A stretch of 64,000 bases of DNA from Candidatus Zhuqueibacterota bacterium (GTDB lineage: Bacteria > Zhuqueibacterota > Zhuqueibacteria > Thermofontimicrobiales > Thermofontimicrobiaceae), in NCBI GenBank assembly GCA_049322915.1, contig JBMOPW010000001.1:78193-142192 (forward strand). Reading direction: 5' to 3'. Under the pieces are notes generated by a model. The model had not been told where the DNA came from, made no database searches, and saw nothing but the letters and a program-made list of their open reading frames with translations. Below are positions 9,169 to 17,744 of the stretch, piece by piece (position 1 is the first letter of the stretch; each line of letters opens with the position of its first letter). The position numbers and the translations under genes are program-made.

Positions 9169-10211
9169 TGGAGGCGAGCAGGAATCGTGCGGGTATCTGG
9201 TGGCAGGCATTTCGGTTTCATTTTGTACCGCCCAGTTTTTTGCCGGCAATTCTTGGCAGTTTCGTCGCATGGGCAGCCACGGGTGAATTTTCCCTGTGGT
9301 ACTACGCTATAACAGTCCTGGGCGTGACATTGAACCACATTGCGCTGAACATGACGGACGATTACTTTGATTATCTCCATTCCGTGGACCGCGCGAAGGA
9401 TCGGGAAAAAAATCCCTATTCCGGCGGTAGCGGCACGCTCACCGGCGGTTTAATTACCCCGCAGCAACTTCATCGGGTGTTCATCACGTTTTATATCATC
9501 ACCATTGCACTGGGCCTCTACCTGTCGATATCGCGAGGCTGGCTGGTTTTCGCATTTGGCGCATTTGGCATGGGATGCGCCTATTTTTATACAGCGCCTC
9601 CCATTCGCTACGGCTATCGAGGATGGGGCGAGTTCTCGCAACTCATCAATTTCAGCGTGACAATTGGCATGGGCGCTTATTTTGTTCAGACGCTCACTCT
9701 TTCCACGGATGCGCTCTGGGTGCTGCTGCCGCTCGGGTTCATGATGTTCGCCATGATTACCATCAATGAAATTCCTGACGAGGAAGACGATCGCAGCAGT
9801 GGCAAGCGGAATCTGGTGGTCCGGTTTGGCATTAAAACAGCGGTCTGGCTTTATGGCGCCAGCATGGCAATCGCTTTTCTCATCATTCTGTTAGCGCCAT
9901 GGCTGAGCGCCGCAACTCTTTGGATCTATATCAGTTTTGTCACCCTGCCCTGGTTTGTGAAGGCGTTCCGTATCCTGTATCGAAATTACACCGATCCGGT
10001 CCGAATGTCCCCGGCAAACATGCTGACAATTCGGGTGCATAACATGGTCGGCATTTTGCTCATTGTCGCGTATCTCGCGCAGGGCATTTCCCGCTGGGGC
10101 AGCAATTCCCTGGTTTGGGGCGCACTGATCATTCTGTTCCTGCTGTACCTGCCAGTTGGATTGACGATTTTTTTCAATGTGCTTCTCATTAAACCCGGTG
10201 AAAAGAAATGA
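9168..10211 (+). CDS. UbiA-superfamily prenyltransferase, MenA-like
   Basis: NMTDDYFD, YSGGSG, YTAPPIRYGYRGWGE, NEIPDEEDDRSSGKRNL; multiple transmembrane segments. Confidence 0.85.
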   Translation: MEASRNRAGIWWQAFRFHFVPPSFLPAILGSFVAWAATGEFSLWYYAITVLGVTLNHIALNMTDDYFDYLHSVDRAKDREKNPYSGGSGTLTGGLITPQQLHRVFITFYIITIALGLYLSISRGWLVFAFGAFGMGCAYFYTAPPIRYGYRGWGEFSQLINFSVTIGMGAYFVQTLTLSTDALWVLLPLGFMMFAMITINEIPDEEDDRSSGKRNLVVRFGIKTAVWLYGASMAIAFLIILLAPWLSAATLWIYISFVTLPWFVKAFRILYRNYTDPVRMSPANMLTIRVHNMVGILLIVAYLAQGISRWGSNSLVWGALIILFLLYLPVGLTIFFNVLLIKPGEKK

Positions 10212-10426
10212 AAAGTGACGCTCCGGGAGTCGGCCCCAAGTGCGTCGATGCGACATCCGCGTCGCTGCACATCTCGCCGTCGAATTTGCTCCATTCGGTC
10301 GGCGGATTGGCTTCGACACCAAATGAATGAATTGCACCGAAGCGCCACATTCAACAAACAAAGTGACAGCAGGGATTTAAACGGTTTTTCCCGATGAATC
10401 TGAACCTATTTTTGGAGGAACGAATT

Positions 10427-11131
10427 TTGGAAATAAGTAAGCACGCTCTGGCGGAGAATAGTGGAAAAGAAGGCAAGCCTTCGTATGTAGTCGTGAATGG
10501 AAAAGTCTATGACGTCACGAAGAGCAAAATGTGGAAGAATGGATTGCACATGAATCGACATCACGCCGGCCAGGATCTGTCCGAGGCTCTGGGCGCCGCT
10601 CCCCATGGCGCAGAGGTTCTGGATCGATACCCCGAGATTGGCGTGTTGCAGTCGCAGCCGCAGGATGAAGTGAAACCACCGCTGCCAGCCTGGCTGAATA
10701 AATTTTTTGAGACATATCCATTTTTCAAGCGCCACCCGCATCCGATGGTCGTGCATTTTCCCATGACATTTTTCATCACCGCCACGATCTTTCTGCTCTG
10801 GTATCACCTCATCAGTCAGGAACAGTCGTTGCTGGATGGGGTGAAATACATGCACATTCTGGGCACGCTGTCCCTGCCGTTTGCGCTGATAACCGGATGG
10901 CTGTCCTGGAAAGTGAATTACATGGGCAAGCCCATCGGGAACATCACCCGAAAGATTATTTTTTCACTGATCGTATTGATCTTCGATGTGGTTGTCCTGG
11001 TATCCGTGATTCAGAATCCGACCGTGCTGGCCAGTCCACAGGGCGCGGAAATCGCGCTGCCTGTCATGGTGTTGCTGTATCTTCCGATCATATCCTATAT
11101 TGGCCAGCAGGGCGGCGACCTGGTTTATTAG
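10427..11131 (+). CDS. Cytochrome b5-like heme domain fused to a DUF2231-like membrane domain
   Basis: YVVVNGKVYDVT...W..G.H...HHAGQDL...APHG, then HPHPMVVHFP and four hydrophobic segments. TTG start after GGAGG (the ORF extends to 10394). Confidence 0.85.
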   Translation: MEISKHALAENSGKEGKPSYVVVNGKVYDVTKSKMWKNGLHMNRHHAGQDLSEALGAAPHGAEVLDRYPEIGVLQSQPQDEVKPPLPAWLNKFFETYPFFKRHPHPMVVHFPMTFFITATIFLLWYHLISQEQSLLDGVKYMHILGTLSLPFALITGWLSWKVNYMGKPIGNITRKIIFSLIVLIFDVVVLVSVIQNPTVLASPQGAEIALPVMVLLYLPIISYIGQQGGDLVY

Positions 11132-11304
11132 TCGAATGGGCTGTGTGATGGCGAATCCGGCCATCAGCAAAAGGCTGCCAAGCAGGCTGACCGACAAAAA
11201 CCTGATTCATCACAGGGCTGATGCTCGACATGTTCAAAGGCCGGTTTGCTCTGTCATGGGATGAGTTTTCAACGTCACAGGACAATGGTGAGCAACGCCC
11301 ACTT

Positions 11305-13206
11305 TCAATCATTTTTCATGAAGGATTTGGGGACAATCGGCTGTTTGCCCAGGGCAATGGCGTCATAATTTTCCAGCCTGAGCCGCGAGAATGGGACGAA
11401 ATTTTCAGGCGAGTAAACCCGGCTGAAATAGCTGAGCGCCGGGTTTACAGTGCCGCCAAATCCGTCAAAATATTCGATGTTGTAATTGACGCCATTGGTG
11501 CTCCCCTGAGTGGACCAATAGCGCAGCCCGGTCGTATCGCCAACCGCATTCGTCGTCCAATCGATGAAAATCACAGAATGGCCTGAACCAGTGGTTCGCC
11601 ATAGCTGCACATAATCGCCCTTTTTCACGTCCTTGAATTGCGCGATATTTTCGCCAAGACCAAATTGGCGCAGAGCAATGCCCGGGCCATCGCCCCAGGT
11701 GCTCTGCACAAACCAGAGGTGAATGAAATATCGCACATCGGCCGCAGTCATTCCATTGATATCCTCGCTCCTGTTCAGATCACGATTGAGTTGCAGCATG
11801 GCTCTGAAAAAATCCTCGAATGTCAAACCACAACAGTAACAACTCCTGCTACCGTCCGGGTTCGCTCTGGCGATGCGTTCATTTTTGTAGTACAAATCGC
11901 GGGTGACGCCGGTGTAGGTGTCGAGCCAGGCATAGGGATGCGTCCCATCGCGGGGATACTCTTCCAAAATATCGACGCCATAGCCGTTCATGTCAATCTG
12001 AATTGGTTCGCGGATGATCCAATAGACGGAGTCCGGCACTGCGATGGCGCGATTGTCCATTAGTTCAAAAAAGATTGAGCCTTCGAACAGGGATGCCGGA
12101 ACGCCGTTGATTTTTTGATTATCATAGGCGAGGCCGCCGGGCAACGGGCTGATCAGCGTGAAGCGCGCCAGTCCGGACGCGTTTTCAGCCAGGACATAAT
12201 CGCTGTATGGCAGTCCGAGATAGCCGCGCCGCAGCTTTGATTTTTGCAGTCCCAGACGCGGACTCAGATTGAAATGCGCCACAAAGTAGCTTACATTGAA
12301 ATCATCGATTTCGCGGATGGCGATGTAGACCGGCGATTCGCTGACATCCGAATAGTGAATGGCCACCAGGCTATCCGGCGTGAAGTCCCAGGCAACGGAA
12401 GCGTTGGTGGAAAAAATCTCAATGGGCTGCTCGAAATAGATCTGAACCGTGTCGGCAATGGATTCCCCGCTCATCAGATTTAATGTATCGGCCGGAATGC
12501 GGACAAACGGGTAGACGCGTATTTTGATCGTCCCCAGATCGAACGCTGGCAGCGATGGATCGATTTGTACGATCAGGGTGGTATCGCGGATATCGCGGTC
12601 GGTTATTTGGACTTCAAAAGTCTCAAACGCCATTTTCGGCAGCGTCAGATACCTGCTCTGCTGCGCTGAAATTGGAGACAATGGCGATGTTCCCATGTAA
12701 CACATTTTTCTGATTTTCGTGAGCCCTGAAAATTTCAGCCGATAAAAGTACAGTCCGGACTGGCATACCTGATCTGACGCGGACCGGCCATCCCAGACAA
12801 TGGCATGATGGCCCGGGGCGAGGAAATCATCCACGAGCGTGATGACGCGTTGACCCAGCACATTGAAAATTTCCAGCGTCACATGGCCGTTTCCTGCCAA
12901 CGAAAAAGAGATGGTCGTTTGGGGCGAGAAGGGATTGGGATAATTTTGATTGAGCTGAAACGACACCGGCGCAATTCCTTCATCAGCGATACCTGTGGGA
13001 AGATTGATTTGAAAAGCGCCATCTTCATCGCTGTAAGCGCTGGCGATGTATCGCTTTTCCGAGTACAGCGCGATTCGGACATGGTCGAGTTTTTCGGTGG
13101 TCCCGCGACCATTGATGAGTTTGCCCGAAACTGTCTGCGCCTCTGCCCGGGACGATGCGATAGAAATAATGAAAAGGAACGCTGTCAAAACAAGTCTGAA
13201 AATCAT
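11305..13206 (-). CDS. Secreted multidomain protein: internal FlgD-Ig/T9SS-like domain and C-terminal putative NlpC/P60-like (Cys-His) domain
   Basis: Signal peptide; QLNQNYPNPF...WDG...SGLYFYRL near the N-terminus; C-terminal YCCGLTF...KGDYVQLW....GHSVIF. Confidence 0.75.
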   Translation of the reverse strand: MIFRLVLTAFLFIISIASSRAEAQTVSGKLINGRGTTEKLDHVRIALYSEKRYIASAYSDEDGAFQINLPTGIADEGIAPVSFQLNQNYPNPFSPQTTISFSLAGNGHVTLEIFNVLGQRVITLVDDFLAPGHHAIVWDGRSASDQVCQSGLYFYRLKFSGLTKIRKMCYMGTSPLSPISAQQSRYLTLPKMAFETFEVQITDRDIRDTTLIVQIDPSLPAFDLGTIKIRVYPFVRIPADTLNLMSGESIADTVQIYFEQPIEIFSTNASVAWDFTPDSLVAIHYSDVSESPVYIAIREIDDFNVSYFVAHFNLSPRLGLQKSKLRRGYLGLPYSDYVLAENASGLARFTLISPLPGGLAYDNQKINGVPASLFEGSIFFELMDNRAIAVPDSVYWIIREPIQIDMNGYGVDILEEYPRDGTHPYAWLDTYTGVTRDLYYKNERIARANPDGSRSCYCCGLTFEDFFRAMLQLNRDLNRSEDINGMTAADVRYFIHLWFVQSTWGDGPGIALRQFGLGENIAQFKDVKKGDYVQLWRTTGSGHSVIFIDWTTNAVGDTTGLRYWSTQGSTNGVNYNIEYFDGFGGTVNPALSYFSRVYSPENFVPFSRLRLENYDAIALGKQPIVPKSFMKND

Positions 13207-13371
13207 GAAGTCTCCAATGTGTGAAATACGCGATCAATTTTTTGTAATTCTGATATGGAAAAGCCGGCAGCAAAAAAGCTATCGAACGTTGATGATCCTC
13301 CTGAAAAATGGCGGACGCTCCGCGCTGATCTGCGCGGCGCCCCATTTTTATTGTATCTACTCATGTTGGCT

Positions 13372-13627
13372 GGTTCAGCGTTCAGAGTTCAAGGTTAGAA
13401 TCATCTCATTATGTCTGCTCAGCCACAAAGTCTCAAAAGCGCGAAGAAAAAATAAAGATGAATTATCGATTCAGAAAAGCTGAACGTGGTTTAACAAAAT
13501 GAATTGCACAAAATAAGAACGAATAAAATGACATCTTCGTGTGACTTGGCGGCGAGACTACATGCCGGGATAGCGACGAAAATTCTCTTTAACCCTGAGC
13601 CGGGAACCTTTAAACCTGGAACCTGAA
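13372..13627. repeat. Nested imperfect palindromic repeat element
   Basis: Outer arms are 7-mer GTTCA(G/A) repeats (13372-13396) and AACC/GAACCT repeats (13591-13627). Inner arms are cagccacaaagtctcaaaagcgcgaag (13420-13446) and cttcgtgtgacttggcggc (13535-13553). Confidence 0.5.
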
Positions 13628-13831
13628 AGTTACTTTTTATTTTAGATGGTTGGAGAACTTAACAAATATTATCCAAAAATTCAAGCGGGAATTTCGATGT
13701 GTTTTGAAATAGCCCGAGACTGGCGTGGGCCAACCTGGCGCCCGAGTTGGTTACGCGCGAGTCAGATTCAATTAAAGAGAGCGGTTTTTACTGCCGATAT
13801 TTATTGACAGCAACAGGGACTTACGCCAAGA

Positions 13832-15145
13832 ATGAAAGAAGATGATATGAATCCTACCAGAATACCCCAGGCATCGCGACGCGTCTTTTCGCGATTGACA
13901 TTGTGCTTCGTTTTCGCGTGGATGGCCATGTGCCATTCGATGTTGCGAGCTCAGGATGAAAGGATTTTTCAACTCGATCATGCAAATTTTATGGCGCCGG
14001 ATAGCGGCGTCACGCGGCTGGAAATTTATTGCCAGTTCTCCAATGCAGATCTTCATTTTGTGAAAAATGATAGCGGTTACCTGGCGCGGATCGAATTGGT
14101 CGCGGTGCTGTATGATGAAAGCGGCGCCTTCATTGATGAAGCGAACATCAGCCAGCCGATTTTCGAATCGTTCTATTCGCTGACCACGGCAGAAACCGAG
14201 AAGAAGACGGTGCAGTTTCATTTCAATACCGCTCCCGGCCTGCATACATTGCATCTGCTGTTCACGGATCATGTGACCGGTTATTCATTCGAACATAAAG
14301 TTGAGATGGATGTGCGGGCATTTCCGGCGAATCAGTTTAGCCTGAGCGATATTGAAGTGGCGTCGAGCATTAAACTTGCCGGCTCCGATACGGCGTCAGC
14401 GAAGAACGGCAGGTTGATCGTGGCTCATCCCTCGAGAATTTTCGGGGATACATTTCTGAAAGCGAATTTTTATTTTGAAATTTATCATCTTGACTCTCAG
14501 CGCGGGGAAGAAGCTGTCTCGTTTGGGCTGGATTATTCAGTCGTGGATAAAAACAAGGTGACAGTGCAGAAGTTTTCGGATAGCTTTTTACCTACCGGAG
14601 AAGTGACTCCGCTTCATTTTGCTGTGGATGTGCAGAAGTATAAACCTGGAAAATACACGCTTGAAATTGAGGTCACGGAACATCAGTCCAAAAAGCGCGC
14701 AAAGGCCCAGACCGATTTCACCGTGGTAGCGTCTCCAAACGATTTGCCTCTGGCCCGGTACGACCGCGTGTTGAATGTGCTCAATCTGTATGTGAAAGAA
14801 AAAGCCCGCAAGTCAGAGCTGAATGAACCATCGGAAAAGTCGGTGCTGTCACTCAAAATGACCGGCGATACCGGGCGGCAGGATGAGCAGGATTTGCAAA
14901 TGCAATTCCATCAACGCGTCGCATACGCCAATCGAGCGTTCGCCACCATGAACAGGCCAGGCTGGAAAACCGACCGCGGTAAAATATACATTCAGTACGG
15001 ACAACCCGATCGCGTGAAAAAATTAGAGGGCAATTTTGGAGAGCGAATTGAACTGTGGGAGTATTTTCAGAAGGACATCAACTTCATGTTTGTGGACCAG
15101 CAAGGATTTGGAGACTATCTGCTGATACAGAACTCGCCGGAATAA
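13832..15145 (+). CDS. GWxTD domain-containing secreted protein
   Basis: RVAYANRAF...PGWKTDRGKIYIQYGQPD...ELWEY; N-terminal signal-like segment. Confidence 0.9.
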   Translation: MKEDDMNPTRIPQASRRVFSRLTLCFVFAWMAMCHSMLRAQDERIFQLDHANFMAPDSGVTRLEIYCQFSNADLHFVKNDSGYLARIELVAVLYDESGAFIDEANISQPIFESFYSLTTAETEKKTVQFHFNTAPGLHTLHLLFTDHVTGYSFEHKVEMDVRAFPANQFSLSDIEVASSIKLAGSDTASAKNGRLIVAHPSRIFGDTFLKANFYFEIYHLDSQRGEEAVSFGLDYSVVDKNKVTVQKFSDSFLPTGEVTPLHFAVDVQKYKPGKYTLEIEVTEHQSKKRAKAQTDFTVVASPNDLPLARYDRVLNVLNLYVKEKARKSELNEPSEKSVLSLKMTGDTGRQDEQDLQMQFHQRVAYANRAFATMNRPGWKTDRGKIYIQYGQPDRVKKLEGNFGERIELWEYFQKDINFMFVDQQGFGDYLLIQNSPE

Positions 15146-15190
15146 AATCGGCTGCAAACATGTTTCACACTGATTGATTTTTTAAACTTC

Positions 15191-15219
15191 ATCCCCGCGC
15201 ATCTGCGGGGATTTTTTTT
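15191..15219 (+). terminator. Intrinsic terminator
   Basis: atccccgc-gcatct-gcggggat followed by a T-run, downstream of the GWxTD gene. Confidence 0.8.
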
Positions 15220-15326
15220 ACAGTACAGTGAAAAAAAAGCGGAGAGTGATTCTTTCATTCCACAGAGCGCGCGTCGCGTAACTGCCGGTCGGGAATAAAA
15301 GTCACGTCGCGTCGGGAGATGGATGG

Positions 15327-17714
15327 CTATCGCAACAAAATCGATTTGACAGCAGCGCGAAATCGACCTGCCTCAACGCGACAGAAATAAATCCCCGAAG
15401 GGAGAGCGTTCCCCCTGCCATCCCGGCAATCCCAGTGCAGAGAATGGTTCCCCGCTTCGAAAACCGTATCGGCCAATCGGACAACCTCACGGCCAGTTAA
15501 GTCGAGAAGTGTCGCGGTGACATGGCTGCGATTTGACACGCTAAAATGAAACGTGGTGGCGGCATTGAATGGATTGGGGTAATTCTGAAATAGCGCAACA
15601 TCGGGTAGAACAGAGTCCTTCATCTGAGATGTGGACGTCGCATACGGCGGCGCTGGAGGCAGGTCGCTGAACGCGAGCGTCTTGCCACTGTCCGCGCGAC
15701 TGATGCCGAATGTGACATGGGATTCCTGATCAAGGTAAATCCAGCCCGCCTCAAACGGCGATAACTGAGCCGCCGGCGTATAGGATTCTCCGTTGGCATC
15801 CCACGCCTGAACAGCGCGCAAACTGCCTTCGGGTTGAGTCGTGATGCCGGCGATGGTGGTCGATTGGCCCGGCGCAGCAACCAGATGCCAGCCCGGGCTG
15901 AGGTGGCGCTGGTAGGAAAAAATTCTGTTGCCGGCGACCGTGATGGTCGCGGCCTCAGGCAGATTCAGCCAATAGCCGCGGCCAGGTTCCAGCGTTTCGG
16001 CGCGGGAATAGCCGGAGTCCTGCCAGGCATAAACGACGCTGCCTGCCGGGAACAGGCTTGTGGAGCGATTGTCAGCGGTCTCCACGGGCAGAGAAAATAA
16101 ATACCAGCCTGCTTCGGGCAAATTGCAGGCCAGCGTCAGCTCATCTTCGCCCGGCGTTGGGTATTGAAAATTCCGCCAGCACCGTCTGTCGTGCGAGGAT
16201 CGGCCCAGTGATAGATCGGCTGTCTGCTGGCCGAATTCAATCGCGTCGGAAATGTGTTGTTCGAGGAATATGCCCACAGCGCCGCCGCCGGCGTCGAGCA
16301 TAAAATTGGTGTGCAATGCGCCCTGCTCTTCCTGGCCATCGGCCCAAATCAGCAGCGAGCCGTGGCCGGCAATTGCCGTGTCCGGCAGCGCCCATTTTTC
16401 AGGATCGTTCAAATCATCAGTCAGATAGTAATACTTCAAATTCAGTCTGGAATCGCTCGGATTATAAATTTCGATCCAGCCGTCGAATTCACCGTATTCA
16501 TCGGCGTAGACGCTCCTGTTGTCCGCGAGGAATTCATTGATGTAAAGCCGTTCCGGCGTCAACTCGTTCAGGATGAATTCCGTCCTCAGACCGACAAATT
16601 CCCTGAGCCATTCATAGTGAAAATCAAATTCGGCATTGGTGCCGGCTTTGAACGTGTCCAGATAGGCATCAGCCTGAATAAACTGGAAGGCCGAATCGAT
16701 GGCCGGCAGTATGGCGCCTGTGTTGAACAGCGAATTGAGATTTTTAATCACGCTGGTTTTCATTCGGGCCTGTAGATGTGGGGTATCGTAAATCCGACGA
16801 AACAGCACGTTCTGTTTTCCCAGTGAAAGAGGATTGTCAATCACCATGTTGGGCAGCTCGCCGTGCCCGAAGGCGTAGTCATAGTCATAGGGAATGACCT
16901 CCCAGCGGTCAGTATCCGAGTCGTGGTACAGATAATAATTTTTCTGGTAGACGTCAAAATTTTCCACGATATGATTGACCGCGATCCACTCAACGTAGCG
17001 CTCCAGATCGAGCTTTGTTTCAATCAGAGCAGCGAATTCCTCGTCTGAGGCAAAGTTGATCCAGCCGACGAAATCGATGAAATCATCCCAGCTTTCGGAC
17101 TCATTGGTTTTTTTCTCATAGAGAGGCATATAATCCTCGGCGCTGTCGCCGCGCCAGGACAGAGTGCAGTCGTTCTCCCCGGCGGCTTTGTACAGATTGC
17201 CTCGTTCATCCATCGCGTGATCGTGGAGAAAGAATTCGTCGATATTTTCCACGTCCAGATACACGCCGAGAAAAACGCCATTCAACCGCAGGTGGACGAA
17301 GCGCGTGCGTGCGGCGTGCAGCCCGGCGACGTCCAGCAGTTGGTAGGAGAGAAATTCCCGCATCAATGATTTGTCACAGTATTCCGCTTTGAAATTCATC
17401 TTGTCGCGGCCGTGATAACGATTGGAAGACTTGAAATTGATTTTGTAGGATTTTTTAGGTGCATCCCGCGAGGTGAGCCCGCGGTATCGGATTCCCACAT
17501 TGGTGAAGCGGACACCTTCAATCACCACATCGGCCGGAACGTATTCATCGCTGAAAACGTCCTCGTTTAGCTTCGCCAGATTTTCGGGAGAGATGAACAT
17601 CTCGCAGACCGGCATATTTGTGGCTGGCTTCAGGGAATTCACGGAAGGACTGAATTGGCCGAAACTGACTACGGGGAGAGCAAGGAGCAGTGCGCGAAGG
17701 TACAGGCTTTTCAT
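15327..17714 (-). CDS. CotH kinase family protein with lamin-tail domain and C-terminal T9SS/FlgD-type domain
   Basis: GIRYRG..SR..PKKSYKI, NYYLY, IPYDYDYAFG; INEFLADN...DGWIEIYN; C-terminal QNYPNPFN...SGIYF. Confidence 0.88.
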   Translation of the reverse strand: MKSLYLRALLLALPVVSFGQFSPSVNSLKPATNMPVCEMFISPENLAKLNEDVFSDEYVPADVVIEGVRFTNVGIRYRGLTSRDAPKKSYKINFKSSNRYHGRDKMNFKAEYCDKSLMREFLSYQLLDVAGLHAARTRFVHLRLNGVFLGVYLDVENIDEFFLHDHAMDERGNLYKAAGENDCTLSWRGDSAEDYMPLYEKKTNESESWDDFIDFVGWINFASDEEFAALIETKLDLERYVEWIAVNHIVENFDVYQKNYYLYHDSDTDRWEVIPYDYDYAFGHGELPNMVIDNPLSLGKQNVLFRRIYDTPHLQARMKTSVIKNLNSLFNTGAILPAIDSAFQFIQADAYLDTFKAGTNAEFDFHYEWLREFVGLRTEFILNELTPERLYINEFLADNRSVYADEYGEFDGWIEIYNPSDSRLNLKYYYLTDDLNDPEKWALPDTAIAGHGSLLIWADGQEEQGALHTNFMLDAGGGAVGIFLEQHISDAIEFGQQTADLSLGRSSHDRRCWRNFQYPTPGEDELTLACNLPEAGWYLFSLPVETADNRSTSLFPAGSVVYAWQDSGYSRAETLEPGRGYWLNLPEAATITVAGNRIFSYQRHLSPGWHLVAAPGQSTTIAGITTQPEGSLRAVQAWDANGESYTPAAQLSPFEAGWIYLDQESHVTFGISRADSGKTLAFSDLPPAPPYATSTSQMKDSVLPDVALFQNYPNPFNAATTFHFSVSNRSHVTATLLDLTGREVVRLADTVFEAGNHSLHWDCRDGRGNALPSGIYFCRVEAGRFRAAVKSILLR

Positions 17715-17744
17715 GTTCGGCAGACCTCAAAGGATCGATCGGTT

